DNA of 64,000 bases from Comamonadaceae bacterium (GCA_025352965.1 JANXRP010000134.1:11179-75178), one strand, 5' to 3'. Counted from the first letter of the stretch, positions 19,793 through 30,080 are shown. Numbers and translations are program-made. The notes: generated from the letters alone by a model not told the origin.

Positions 19793-20871
19793 ATCGAACC
19801 ACTAGAGATTAAATTGTGAACAGCCAACGCAACATCCTGCGTCTGATAAGGTGCCACCAAACGCAGGCACCACGGCACGTCATGATACGACGTGACTTCG
19901 GCGTAAGTAAAAAGCACCAAGGTTGGTTTGCAAAGCGCTACAGCCATATGGTAAGGGCCTGAATCAGTTGAAATAAAAACATCCACTGCATCGATAACGC
20001 CCGTCAAACCACTAAGAGATGATTGCCCAGCCCAATCGATGATGTTGTCCGTATCACCCCATTTTTTTTGGTACACCGCCATAAACGTTTGGTTAATATC
20101 TTTCTCAAACGCCGCACCCGTGAGCACCAAGATGAACGGCGTCTGTGCGTCAATCTGTCCAAGCGCATCAGCCAACACATCCAAATTCGGACGCTTATGC
20201 AGCGCATCTGGCGTGCCGCAGCCAATGTTGAGGCCAATCACCATGCGGCTTGCAGGCAATTTTGATAACTGCGCATTCAGCCGATCACGTGCGTGTTCGC
20301 CATCTGCGGTTACTCTCAATTCAATCGCCTGCCCTTTGCGCTCTAATCCCAAAGTTGCCAGTGCCACGTAATCGCGCTGGGTGTAATCCATCGGTAGCGA
20401 GAGGTTGTGCGTCTTTGCAAATTGCTTCAGTGATGGTGCCGTTTGATCATAAAAAAGTGATCGTCCAAAAAAACTCGCAATACCCAGAGCCTTTGCTCCG
20501 CTTGTTTTGGCGCAGGCACGAGTCACTACACTTGTACGCAAACCTGAAGCTTCAAAGTCAATAATCAGATCGGGTTTCACCTCTGCACAAATCGCCTTCG
20601 CCTCAGCTAATATCGACTTCAGAGATATATTTTTTGCCCCCAACTCATGCGGCGAGCCACTCCGTATGGTGATGAAATGAGCACTTGTCAACAAATGATG
20701 CTGCTTGATGAGCTCTTCTGTGGCGTAACCTTGTTGCTTCGACAAAAACAACAAATGCAACTGAGCATTTGGCCATCGATTTTTAAGCGTGCGCCAAGCG
20801 GCTGAACTACGAAGCAAATCGCCAACGCCCACGCTGTGAGCCTTGACCATTAAGATTTTCACCGTACGCAA
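19780..20871 (-). CDS. Family 9 glycosyltransferase (LPS heptosyltransferase-like)
   Basis: 363 aa. GT-B fold with a GT9-type C-terminal motif (FISTDSGPYHMAVAL). Overlaps waaL-like by 13 nt and the upstream decarboxylase gene by 13 nt. Confidence 0.75.
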   Translation of the reverse strand: MRTVKILMVKAHSVGVGDLLRSSAAWRTLKNRWPNAQLHLLFLSKQQGYATEELIKQHHLLTSAHFITIRSGSPHELGAKNISLKSILAEAKAICAEVKPDLIIDFEASGLRTSVVTRACAKTSGAKALGIASFFGRSLFYDQTAPSLKQFAKTHNLSLPMDYTQRDYVALATLGLERKGQAIELRVTADGEHARDRLNAQLSKLPASRMVIGLNIGCGTPDALHKRPNLDVLADALGQIDAQTPFILVLTGAAFEKDINQTFMAVYQKKWGDTDNIIDWAGQSSLSGLTGVIDAVDVFISTDSGPYHMAVALCKPTLVLFTYAEVTSYHDVPWCLRLVAPYQTQDVALAVHNLISSGSICSA

Positions 20872-23144
20872 TCCGCAAAATACCGAGTAACCCCATCCGA
20901 GCCTTTTTCTTCCACAAGGCCATGAATATCGGTTTCAAAGCCTGGGCACTCGCGATTAAACTCACGTGCAAATTTGAGGTAATCCACAATTTTTTTGTTG
21001 AACACCTCTCCAGGAATCAATAGCGGAATACCTGGTGGATAGGGTGTCACCAAGCCCACGGTAATACGCCCCTCTAACTTATCAATTTCCACTCGTTCCG
21101 TCTTGCGATGCGCGATGTAAGCATAAGCATCACTTGGCGTCATGGCGGGCGTTAAATCGCTTTGATACACATCGGTCGTCAGGCGCGCAATATCGTGCTT
21201 GGCGTAGAGCGTATGCACATGCTGACACAGGTCGCGCAGCCCCATACGCTCGTACCGCGGATGTGCTTTGCAAAACTCGGGCAGGATACGCCACATCGGC
21301 TGATTGCGGTCGTAATCGTCTTTAAATTGCTGCAAAGCCGTGAGCAAGGTATTCCAGCGCCCCTTGGTGATGCCAATCGTAAACATGATGAAGAAGCTGT
21401 ATAGCCCCGTCTTCTCCACAATCACGCCGTGCTCAGCCAAAAATTTAGTCACGATACTGGCTGGAATACCTGTTTGGGCGAACTTACCATTCAAGTCGAG
21501 TCCAGGGGTTACGATGGTCGATTTAATTGGATCGAGCATATTGAAGCCGTCGGCCATCTTGCCAAAGCCGTGCCAGTTACGCGCGGTGTTTTCACCCGTT
21601 TTGCTACTGCGTGACTCGCCTTTAATAATCCAAGCGTCTGCCTTGCCAATTCCCTCTTCCGCCAACTTATCGGGGCCCCACACCTTGAACCACCAGTCTT
21701 TGCCGTATTCGGCATCGACCTTGCGCATAGCACGTCTAAAGTCCAGTGCTTCAGTAATGGACTCTTCTACCAGCGCTGTACCACCAGGGGCTTCCATCAT
21801 GGCCGCAGCCACATCGCAACTGGCAATGATGGCGTACTGAGGACTCGTGCTGGTGTGCATCAAATACGCTTCGTTAAACAAATGCCTGTCCAACTTGCGG
21901 TTTTGCGAATCTTGCACCAGCACGTGACTGGCTTGACTAATGCCTGCTAGCAGTTTGTGTGTGGACTGTGTGGCAAAAGTCAGCGCCTCTTTGGGGCGTG
22001 TGCGGTTTTTGCCCATGGAGTGATACGTGCCATAAAACTTATGGAACGCCGCGTGCGGCAACCAAGCTTCATCAAAATGAAGAGTGTCCACATAGCCATC
22101 TAGTAAATTCTTAATCGTCTCGGTGTTGTAGAGCACGCCGTCGTAGGTCGATTGCGTCACCGTCATCACACGTGGCTTCACTTTTTTAGGATCAACATGT
22201 TTGAGAAGCGGATTAGCAGCAATCTTTTTGCGAATACTGGCGGGCTCAAACTCTTCTTTAGGGATTGGACCAATGATGCCAAAGTGGTTACGCGTGGGCT
22301 TCATAAACACAGGAATCGCACCCGTCATGATGATGGCATGAAGAATCGATTTGTGACAGTTCCTATCCACCACTACCACGTCACCCGGTGCCACCGTGTG
22401 ATGCCAGACCATCTTGTTAGATGTGCTCGTGCCGTTAGTCACAAAAAAGCAGTGATCGGCATTAAAAATACGCGCCGCGTTCTTTTCAGACTCACCAATT
22501 GCGCCATCGTGGTCTAGCAATTGACCCAGCTCTTCCACTGCATTGCACACGTCCGCACGGAGCATGTTTTCACCAAAGAATTGATGGAACATCTGGCCAA
22601 TCGGTGTCTTCAAAAACGCCACGCCGCCCGAGTGCCCAGGGCAATGCCAAGAGTAGGAGCCATCCTGTGCGTAATGCACAAGCGCCTTAAAGAACGGGGG
22701 CTTCACGCCATCTAAGTAACTTTTGGCCTCTCGAATGATGTGTTTGGCAACAAACTCAGGCGTATCTTCAAACATGTGAATGAAGCCATGTAGCTCGCGC
22801 AGGATATCGTTGGGTAAATGACGGCTAGTTTTGGTCTCGCCGTAAATATAAATGGGCACATCAGCGTTTTTACGGCGTACCTCTTCAATGAAGGTACGCA
22901 AACCGAGCACTGCAGGATCCAGCTCGGGGCCTGGCGTGAATTCATCATCGTCCACACTCAAAATAAACGCGCTGGCACGGCTTTGCTGCTGGGCAAACTG
23001 GCTCAAATCGCCGTAGCTGGTGGCACCCAGCACTTCAAAGCCTTCGCTCTCTATTGCCGTAGCTAACGCACGAATCCCCGAACCTGAGGTGTTTTCAGTA
23101 CGAAAATCTTCGTCAATAATGACAATAGGGAAACGAAATTTCAT
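20859..23144 (-). CDS. Orn/Lys/Arg decarboxylase family, large fold-I PLP enzyme with N-terminal wing domain
   Basis: 761 aa. PLP-lysine motif STHKLL, plus CFFVTNGTSTSNK and DEAW. The size and N-terminal receiver-like wing match the LdcC/AdiA/SpeF class. Substrate is not assignable from sequence alone. Confidence 0.85.
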   Translation of the reverse strand: MKFRFPIVIIDEDFRTENTSGSGIRALATAIESEGFEVLGATSYGDLSQFAQQQSRASAFILSVDDDEFTPGPELDPAVLGLRTFIEEVRRKNADVPIYIYGETKTSRHLPNDILRELHGFIHMFEDTPEFVAKHIIREAKSYLDGVKPPFFKALVHYAQDGSYSWHCPGHSGGVAFLKTPIGQMFHQFFGENMLRADVCNAVEELGQLLDHDGAIGESEKNAARIFNADHCFFVTNGTSTSNKMVWHHTVAPGDVVVVDRNCHKSILHAIIMTGAIPVFMKPTRNHFGIIGPIPKEEFEPASIRKKIAANPLLKHVDPKKVKPRVMTVTQSTYDGVLYNTETIKNLLDGYVDTLHFDEAWLPHAAFHKFYGTYHSMGKNRTRPKEALTFATQSTHKLLAGISQASHVLVQDSQNRKLDRHLFNEAYLMHTSTSPQYAIIASCDVAAAMMEAPGGTALVEESITEALDFRRAMRKVDAEYGKDWWFKVWGPDKLAEEGIGKADAWIIKGESRSSKTGENTARNWHGFGKMADGFNMLDPIKSTIVTPGLDLNGKFAQTGIPASIVTKFLAEHGVIVEKTGLYSFFIMFTIGITKGRWNTLLTALQQFKDDYDRNQPMWRILPEFCKAHPRYERMGLRDLCQHVHTLYAKHDIARLTTDVYQSDLTPAMTPSDAYAYIAHRKTERVEIDKLEGRITVGLVTPYPPGIPLLIPGEVFNKKIVDYLKFAREFNRECPGFETDIHGLVEEKGSDGVTRYFADCVR

Positions 23145-23217
23145 GCGGAGCTCTCTAAGGTGAAATTTTTGATAAGGCGCGAAGTTTAAGGCACATTGTG
23201 CACAGGAGAAAGATGAA

Positions 23218-23655
23218 ATGGAACTATCTACGATCTGGTGGTTGCTGGCTGGCAGCTTCGTGGCGTTGGAACTCGCTACGGGTACGTTTTATTTATTGAT
23301 GCTTGCGATTGGCATGATGGCTGGCGCTATCGCCTCTCACATGGGCTTCAGCACAAGTATGCAGCTTGTGACCTGTAGCGTGGTGGCAAGCGGCGCAGTG
23401 GGCGCTTGGCACTGGTTTGGCCCACGCAAAAAAACTGAAAACGTCGAGAGCAATCAAGACGTGCACCTAGATGTGGGCAGCACCGTTGAAGTTAGCGCAT
23501 GGTCTGCCTCGGGGGCCGCATCAGTTGTGCATCGCGGGGCATCATGGTCGGCACGGCATAGCCAGAGCGGCCTGGCGGATAGCGCTCTGTTTCAAACGGG
23601 TTGGCATCGTATCGTCGCCGTCGATGGCAATACACTCGTTCTCTCGCAGATTTAA
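23218..23655 (+). CDS. NfeD-family membrane protein
   Basis: 145 aa. Two or three N-terminal TM helices and a C-terminal OB-like soluble domain. Lies immediately upstream of an SPFH gene, the classic pairing. AGGAGA RBS. Confidence 0.7.
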   Translation: MELSTIWWLLAGSFVALELATGTFYLLMLAIGMMAGAIASHMGFSTSMQLVTCSVVASGAVGAWHWFGPRKKTENVESNQDVHLDVGSTVEVSAWSASGAASVVHRGASWSARHSQSGLADSALFQTGWHRIVAVDGNTLVLSQI

Positions 23656-23665
23656 AGGACTCATC

Positions 23666-24586
23666 ATGGAAACCTCATTCCCCATCGCTGCCGTTTTGGT
23701 CGTTGTGGTTGTAATTTTTATTATTCGCACGCTCAAAGTCGTACCGCAGCAAAACGCATGGGTTGTCGAGCGGCTCGGTAAGTACCACAGCACGCTCACC
23801 CCAGGTCTCAATATGCTGCTGCCCTTTATTGATAACGTCGCCTACAAGCACTCACTTAAAGAAATTGCCATGGACGTGCCTGGACAGGTTTGCATTACCC
23901 GTGACAACACGCAGCTGCAAGTGGATGGCATCATCTACTTTCAAGTGACTGACCCCATGCGTGCGAGCTATGGCTCGGCCAACTACATCATGGCGATTAC
24001 GCAGTTAGCGCAAACCACCTTACGCTCAGTCATTGGCAAGTTGGAACTTGACAAAACATTTGAAGAGCGCGAAACGATTAACCATAGCGTCGTCAGCTCG
24101 ATTGATGCTGCCGCACTGAACTGGGGCGTGAAGGTGCTGCGCTATGAGATCAAAGACCTCACACCGCCCAAAGAAATTTTGCACGCCATGCAATCGCAAA
24201 TTACCGCCGAACGCGAAAAACGTGCGCTAATTGCCGCGTCCGAAGGACGCCGCCAAGAGCAAATCAATATCGCCACGGGTGAGCGCGAAGCCGCGATTGC
24301 AAGAAGCGAGGGTGAAAAGCAAGCCGTAATTAACAAAGCGCAAGGCGAAGCAGCATCCATTACCGCCGTGGCCGATGCGACTGCGGGCGCGATTGAGCGT
24401 GTGGCAGCCGCCATTCAAAAACCGGGCGGGGAGCAAGCCGTGCAGCTAAAAGTGGCAGAAAAAGCAGTGGAGGCTTATTCCAAAGTCGCTGCTAGCAGCA
24501 CGACCACCTTAGTGGTGCCATCCGACATGGGACAAGTGACGACGCTGATTGCATCGGCGATGAAGATGACGCAAGCGGTGAAGTAA
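23666..24586 (+). CDS. SPFH/band-7 (stomatin/QmcA-like) protein
   Basis: Start moved to the ATG at 23666 (METSFPIAAVLVVVVVIFII TM anchor). Contains VPQQNAWVVERLGKYH and a C-terminal Ala/Glu-rich coiled coil. Confidence 0.85.
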   Translation: METSFPIAAVLVVVVVIFIIRTLKVVPQQNAWVVERLGKYHSTLTPGLNMLLPFIDNVAYKHSLKEIAMDVPGQVCITRDNTQLQVDGIIYFQVTDPMRASYGSANYIMAITQLAQTTLRSVIGKLELDKTFEERETINHSVVSSIDAAALNWGVKVLRYEIKDLTPPKEILHAMQSQITAEREKRALIAASEGRRQEQINIATGEREAAIARSEGEKQAVINKAQGEAASITAVADATAGAIERVAAAIQKPGGEQAVQLKVAEKAVEAYSKVAASSTTTLVVPSDMGQVTTLIASAMKMTQAVK

Positions 24587-24590
24587 TACG

Positions 24591-26060
24591 ATGAAAAAAG
24601 ATCGGTTGACGTTTGCGCTTTTTGTTTTACTTTTCATCATTATTCTCGCGCGATTTGCTCTCCTAAATCAATATCCACTGATTGGTACAACCGAGCCGCG
24701 CTATGCCGAATTGGCCAGAAAAATGCTCGCAAGCGGCGACTGGGTCACGCTGTGGGTCAGCGATGGTGTGCCGTTGTGGGGTAAACCGCCTCTACTGTTT
24801 TGGGTAGATGCCATCTCCATGAGCTGGCTTGGCATCAATGAATTTGCGCTACGTCTACCGACCTTCATTGCATCATTACTCACTATCAGCTTACTTTGGT
24901 TTTGGCCTTATCCTGCAAAACCTGTCAGCTCACAGACGCTCTTTGCTCTCATCGCCAGTTTGATTTATATCTCTACGCCATTTGGATTTTTTGCGGCAGG
25001 TTTCGTGGCAACCGATATTTTTTTAGCGGGCGGATTGACGCTATCCATGGTGAGTTTTTGGGTAGTGACATCAAGCAATGACAAAGTCAAAAACACATGG
25101 TGGCGATGGGGATTTTTTGTTGGCGCAGCCATTGGACTTTTAGCCAAAGGTCCACTCGCCCTTGTGCTGCTCGGCCTTTCTTTGTTCTTGTGGATGATCT
25201 TCTCGCCCAAAGCTCGTATCCTTTTGATTTGGGAAACCCTGCCTTGGCTACGCGGTCTTGTGCTCATGGCCTTCATCGCATTTCCCTGGTACATCCTGGC
25301 GGAAATTCGTACGCCAGGATTTTTATACCACTTCATCATTGGCGAGCACATTGAGCGCTTCTTCGTCAAAGACTGGGCGGGAGGGCGCTTTGCAGCCAGC
25401 CATGGCGAACCCCTAGGCATGATTTGGTGGTTTGCCGTCGAGTCATTCTTGCCTTGGCTACTACTTGCAATTCCTGCTCTCTACCTCACATGGCGTGATA
25501 AAACAAAAACAGTCAGCATAGCAATCGCCGTATCCCATGCACCCTCTTGCGCGACGCAATACTTGCTGTGCTGGATTTTTGCGCCATTGCTGCTCTTTTC
25601 CCCTTCGCGCAACATCCTAGAAGCCTATATGCTGACTGCTCTGCCAGCATTTGCTTTGCTGATGAGCCAAGTCGTCATCCATCTGATAGGGCGCAGCAGC
25701 GCTTGGCGCTGGTGCATGGCACTAGCCGTGCCTGCACCACTGATTGTGATTATTGCTGTTGTCTTCTTTAACCCTGTGCTGGATAAACAATCACAAAAGC
25801 ATTTGCTCATAAACTGGGCACAAGGTACGCCCTTGGTCTACATTGGCAAGGTGCCGCCATCTGCTGCGTTTTATTCACAAAACCAAGCGTTAGACGCACC
25901 CAGTTTGGAGCAACTGGAAGCCACTCGCCTAGTGTCATCACGGCATGAACCCATGACCGTGGTCATGCATCAGACGGTGTTTGACGCCATGACCTCTACA
26001 CAAAAATTGCAATGGCAATTCATTGAGATTTATGGCGAGTACGTCATGCTGCGAAAATAG
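24591..26060 (+). CDS. Family 39 glycosyltransferase (ArnT/PMT-like, undecaprenyl-phosphate-sugar dependent)
   Basis: 489 aa and polytopic. N-terminal loop motif TEPRYAELARKM is typical of ArnT-like enzymes. Confidence 0.75.
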   Translation: MKKDRLTFALFVLLFIIILARFALLNQYPLIGTTEPRYAELARKMLASGDWVTLWVSDGVPLWGKPPLLFWVDAISMSWLGINEFALRLPTFIASLLTISLLWFWPYPAKPVSSQTLFALIASLIYISTPFGFFAAGFVATDIFLAGGLTLSMVSFWVVTSSNDKVKNTWWRWGFFVGAAIGLLAKGPLALVLLGLSLFLWMIFSPKARILLIWETLPWLRGLVLMAFIAFPWYILAEIRTPGFLYHFIIGEHIERFFVKDWAGGRFAASHGEPLGMIWWFAVESFLPWLLLAIPALYLTWRDKTKTVSIAIAVSHAPSCATQYLLCWIFAPLLLFSPSRNILEAYMLTALPAFALLMSQVVIHLIGRSSAWRWCMALAVPAPLIVIIAVVFFNPVLDKQSQKHLLINWAQGTPLVYIGKVPPSAAFYSQNQALDAPSLEQLEATRLVSSRHEPMTVVMHQTVFDAMTSTQKLQWQFIEIYGEYVMLRK

Positions 26061-26065
26061 TCTTC

Positions 26066-27130
26066 ATGATTTTTAAGCAATCACTTCAGCGGGAATTGTC
26101 ACGAACTTTTGGAGCTACCTTGGTCGTGCTCGTCACGATTGTGATGAGCATGATGCTCATCCGCACACTCGGCCTAGCCTCCAAGGGTGTTGTCAATCCA
26201 CAAGAAGTATTTTTAGTCATGGCTTACTCAGTGATGGGGCATGCGCCGACCATTTTGGCACTGGCTTTATTCATCACAGTGGTGAACACCTTGGCACGCA
26301 TGATCAGTGATAGCGAGGTGGTTATCTGGCTGAGCAGCGGCAAGAGCATCGCAAGCTTTATCAGACCATTATTCAGCTTCGCAGCGCCCATCTTTATGAC
26401 TATCACATTAATGGTATTCATGATCTGGCCGTGGTCTAACGCGCAGTTGCAAAATCTGCGTGACCGTTATGAGCAGCGAGGTGATTTGGAGCGCATTGTT
26501 CCTGGAGAGTTTCAAGAATCCGCCAATGGCAAGCGTATTATTTATGTTGACAAATCAGACATCAAAGATATCGACACTGCGCAAGCGAGCAACGTGTTTA
26601 TGGCCACCACTGACCAAGGCAAAGAAGTGGTAACGTCGGCGCAAAAAGGGCATGTCGAAATGATCAAAGGCGAGAAATACATCGTGCTAAATAAGGGACA
26701 TCAGCTCACTATCGACTCCTCTAAGCAAGACATTAAGCTCATGGAGTTCGAAATGATGGGCTCACTGATTAGTGCAAGTGACGCGGAACAATCAACTGGT
26801 TTTCCAAACGCGCGTACCACCTTGGCTTTGCTGCGAGACCCCAAATTAGATAATCAAGGTGAGCTATCTTGGCGTATTGGTATCGTGCTGGCCTCCATCA
26901 ATCTGATGCTGCTCGCGTTGGCCAGTGCTAGCACTAAGCCGCGCACAGCACGTAGCAGTCACTTGCTATTTGCAATCTTGGCATTCGTCACTTACTACAA
27001 CTTCATCAATGTGGGACAAAATTGGATTTCCTCAGGCCGTGTGAGCTTTTTTTCTAGCCTCTTTGTTTTGCATGGCGGTGTATTTTTCGTTATTTGGGCT
27101 TGGTTGGCACGACGTCAATATCGACCATGA
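26066..27130 (+). CDS. lptF: LPS export ABC permease LptF
   Basis: 354 aa. YjgP/YjgQ permease architecture (3 TM, periplasmic beta-jellyroll, 3 TM). Followed by a paralogous gene. Confidence 0.8.
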   Translation: MIFKQSLQRELSRTFGATLVVLVTIVMSMMLIRTLGLASKGVVNPQEVFLVMAYSVMGHAPTILALALFITVVNTLARMISDSEVVIWLSSGKSIASFIRPLFSFAAPIFMTITLMVFMIWPWSNAQLQNLRDRYEQRGDLERIVPGEFQESANGKRIIYVDKSDIKDIDTAQASNVFMATTDQGKEVVTSAQKGHVEMIKGEKYIVLNKGHQLTIDSSKQDIKLMEFEMMGSLISASDAEQSTGFPNARTTLALLRDPKLDNQGELSWRIGIVLASINLMLLALASASTKPRTARSSHLLFAILAFVTYYNFINVGQNWISSGRVSFFSSLFVLHGGVFFVIWAWLARRQYRP

Positions 27131-28245
27131 AAACCGTTCGCCGCCTACTCTACGTCGATCTTGTGTCCAGCATTACCTACGTGTGCCTAGGGTTTTTAGC
27201 GTTATTCATATTTTTTGATTTAGTTGATGAGATGTCCTCTGTTGGCGTTCAGCGTTATGGATTGATACATGCATTTGCCTATGTGATGCTACAAATTCCA
27301 GGGCATCTATACGAGTTACTGCCTATAGGCGTTTTAATTGGCGGCGTATTAGTGATGGCTCGCTTTGCACAAAGCTCGGAATTCACAATTTTGCGAACCA
27401 GTGGACTAGATCCCCAGCGCGCGCTCAAAATTTTACTGATGCTAGGCGCCGGCCTTGTTTTCGTAACTTTTGTCATCGGCGACTATGCCGCGCCTCTGTC
27501 CAACCGGACGGCACAACTCCTGAAGGCCAAATACCAAGGCACAACCATTGCGGGTCAATCGGGTGCATGGCTCAAAGAGCAACAGCGCTATAGCCGCTAT
27601 GCCGTCAATGTGAGCGCCCTAGACGGTAATGGCGATATGGCACGTGTGCGCATTTTTGAGTTTGACACCAGCGGACGGATCATATCGAGCACCGAAGCAC
27701 CTCATGGGAAATTTTTAAATGACGCATGGTTGCTCACGAATGCCAAACGAATTGAGTTCCCGCAAAATTTAAAAGATGTGGCGATGGAGGCAGCTATAGA
27801 CGAAATTTCTTTAAATGTACGTCAATTACCCGAGTACCGCTGGCCCACCGAAATCAATGCGCAAATGGTATCGGTCGCGCTACTTAAACCCGAACGCATG
27901 CCCATTTATGATTTATTTCGCTACATCCAGCACCTAGACAATAACGGCCAATCCGCTCAGCTTTATGAAATTGAGTTTTGGAAAAAACTCTTCTATCCTC
28001 TAAGCTGCATGGTGATGCTCATGTTGGCACTACCTTTTGCCTACCTACATTTTCGCTCTGGCGGTATTGCTGCTTATGTCTTTGGCGGTGTGGTGACGGG
28101 CATTAGCTTCTTTTTGTTGAACAATGTTTTTGGCTACATCGGCAACATCTCGCACTGGGAACCTTGGATGGCCGCTGCCGCCCCAAGCATGATTTATTTT
28201 TGCGTCTCGCTAGCCGCATTCATGTGGGTCGTTTATAAAAAATGA
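27127..28245 (+). CDS. lptG: LPS export ABC permease LptG
   Basis: Start at 27127 (MKTVRRLLYVDL), overlapping the lptF stop as ATGA. Same YjgP/YjgQ architecture. Confidence 0.8.
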   Translation: MKTVRRLLYVDLVSSITYVCLGFLALFIFFDLVDEMSSVGVQRYGLIHAFAYVMLQIPGHLYELLPIGVLIGGVLVMARFAQSSEFTILRTSGLDPQRALKILLMLGAGLVFVTFVIGDYAAPLSNRTAQLLKAKYQGTTIAGQSGAWLKEQQRYSRYAVNVSALDGNGDMARVRIFEFDTSGRIISSTEAPHGKFLNDAWLLTNAKRIEFPQNLKDVAMEAAIDEISLNVRQLPEYRWPTEINAQMVSVALLKPERMPIYDLFRYIQHLDNNGQSAQLYEIEFWKKLFYPLSCMVMLMLALPFAYLHFRSGGIAAYVFGGVVTGISFFLLNNVFGYIGNISHWEPWMAAAAPSMIYFCVSLAAFMWVVYKK

Positions 28246-28625
28246 CAACTTCAACCATCAAGCCACTTGGTATTATTTTATTTGCGCATGGATCACGTGA
28301 CCCGCTGTGGTCTCAACCGATCGAAGCTATAGCGCATGAAATTTCTAAGGTATCTTCTGCTTATGAAGTTCGTTGCGCTTATCTAGAACTAATGCCACCC
28401 AACCTAGAAGATGTGGTCATTGAGCTAGCAGGGTTTGGCATTAGTCACATTCGCATTGCCCCTATGTTTTTAGGTGTCGGCAAACACGCCAGGGAAGACT
28501 TGCCTGCGATGACAACGAGACTTGCAAAAAACTATCCTAACATCCAACTTGAGCTTATGCCTTCAATCGGTGAGCACCCAGAACTCATTGCCGCTATTTC
28601 AAACATTCTTACCAAGAGCCTTTAG
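28242..28625 (+). CDS. CbiX-type (short) sirohydrochlorin chelatase-like protein
   Basis: 127 aa. GIILFAHGSRDPLW and the PMFLGVGKH pattern of CbiX(S). The ATG overlaps the lptG stop (ATGA). Confidence 0.6.
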   Translation: MTTSTIKPLGIILFAHGSRDPLWSQPIEAIAHEISKVSSAYEVRCAYLELMPPNLEDVVIELAGFGISHIRIAPMFLGVGKHAREDLPAMTTRLAKNYPNIQLELMPSIGEHPELIAAISNILTKSL

Positions 28626-29271
28626 GCCGCTTAGCCTCTACGGTTTTCAGCAACAAGGCAGCCGAGTCAGGACGATTAGCTTGCCGTGCAAAATCAAGCG
28701 CTGTAAGGTTTAAATCATTTTTAAGCAATACATCAGCACCTTCATCAATCAAAAGCTTCATCGCATCAAATGTGCCGTACATAGCGGCCATCATCAGGGG
28801 GGTGCTTTTATTGGGCGACTCCGCATCGATATAAGCCGATTTTTCTAAGAGTAATTTAATAATGCCGATGTGACCTTTTGTAGCGGCATAGTGCAACGGC
28901 GTCCACCCTGTTTTGTTGACATCTGCACCCTTGGCAATCAGCGCCTTAACTAACGCCTCATGGCCATTCAGTGCAGCCATCATCAAGGCGGATTCATCTT
29001 GCGGTGAGCGTGCATCAATTTTTGTTTTATTTTGCGAGAGCAATAAGCTAGCAGCTTTGAGAGCACCATCTCGCACGGCAAGAACCAATCCGGGTAAGCC
29101 ATCGGGACCCACCGTATTAGGATCCATTCCCCGAAATAAAAGCGTCGTGAGCGTACGTGTATCGTCCGTTTTAATGGCCTGAAAATAATCATCATAGGCA
29201 CCAGCCCACGCTGGCGAGGCGAATAAAGCTAAGACGTAAGCAAGGCCAATCAGTCGAATCATCGATTTCAT
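28609..29271 (-). CDS. Secreted ankyrin-repeat protein
   Basis: 220 aa. Signal peptide MKSMIRLIGLAYVLALFASPAWA, followed by about 5 ankyrin repeats (e.g. GWTPLHYAATKGHIGIIKLLLEKSA). Confidence 0.8.
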   Translation of the reverse strand: MKSMIRLIGLAYVLALFASPAWAGAYDDYFQAIKTDDTRTLTTLLFRGMDPNTVGPDGLPGLVLAVRDGALKAASLLLSQNKTKIDARSPQDESALMMAALNGHEALVKALIAKGADVNKTGWTPLHYAATKGHIGIIKLLLEKSAYIDAESPNKSTPLMMAAMYGTFDAMKLLIDEGADVLLKNDLNLTALDFARQANRPDSAALLLKTVEAKRPKGSW

Positions 29272-30080
29272 CGCGCAGCTCCCTTAAATAAATTGAAATA
29301 ATTGTCCCCAGTGATTTGAGCAATTTGCCCAACAGGCGCAGCCTTAATCCGCGCCAGCTCTGTGGCCACATAAGGCACATAAGCAGGTGTATTGGTTTTG
29401 CCACGATACGGCGATGGCGCAAGGTAAGGACTATCGGTTTCAATCAAGATGCGATCGAGCGGCACAAAGGCAGCAGCCTCCCGAATCGCCTGCGCATTTT
29501 TAAACGTCAAGATGCCAGAGAACGAAATATAAAAACCCAAATCAAGCGCCGCTTTTGCTACAACCGTTGTCTCGGTAAAACAATGGAAAACGCCACCCGC
29601 CGCACCCGCACCGCCGTCTTCCTTCATCTCCTTCAGGATGGCAATCGTGTCATCCGAGCTGCTGCGCGTATGAATGATGAGCGGTTTTTTGCAGATTTGG
29701 GCTGCGCGAATATGTATGCGAAAGCGCTCTCTTTGCCACTCCATATCTGCCACACTTCGTCCATTCAATCGGTAGTAGTCGAGCCCCGTCTCGCCAATGC
29801 CTACCACCTTGGGCAGCGCAGCGCGGGTCAGCAAATCCTCTACCGTCGGCTCTTGAATCGGTACACCATTCTCTAGCGTTTCGTTATCAGGATGCACGCC
29901 CACGGTTGCCCAAAAGTTATCATACGTGACCGCCATTTCATGAACGCTTGGGAACTCCTCTAACGTCGTCGAAATCACCATGGCATGTGTGACCTTGGCA
30001 GTCGCCATCGCGGCACGAATGTCCTTGATTTGGCTCTTGAGCTCAGGAAAATTAAGGTGACAATGTGAATCAACAAACAT
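29268..30080 (-). CDS. TatD-family metal-dependent hydrolase/DNase
   Basis: Start at MFVDSHCHL (30080). The HxH metal motif and later His/Asp ligands (ETDSPYL) are present. Confidence 0.85.
   Translation of the reverse strand: MFVDSHCHLNFPELKSQIKDIRAAMATAKVTHAMVISTTLEEFPSVHEMAVTYDNFWATVGVHPDNETLENGVPIQEPTVEDLLTRAALPKVVGIGETGLDYYRLNGRSVADMEWQRERFRIHIRAAQICKKPLIIHTRSSSDDTIAILKEMKEDGGAGAAGGVFHCFTETTVVAKAALDLGFYISFSGILTFKNAQAIREAAAFVPLDRILIETDSPYLAPSPYRGKTNTPAYVPYVATELARIKAAPVGQIAQITGDNYFNLFKGAAR

Noticed and set aside
23471-23665. N-terminal extension of the SPFH gene overlapping nfeD. Analogous track extensions occur at 27094-27126, 44895-44981, 47720-47821, 50154-50192, 9245-9304, 30081-30095, 55768-55878, 62140-62244 and 63405-63542.
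   Set aside because: In every case an internal ATG yields the canonical family N-terminus (a TM anchor, GxxGxxG, GxGTRL, a signal peptide and so on). That ATG also removes the overlap with the neighbouring gene, and the extension residues are low-complexity.
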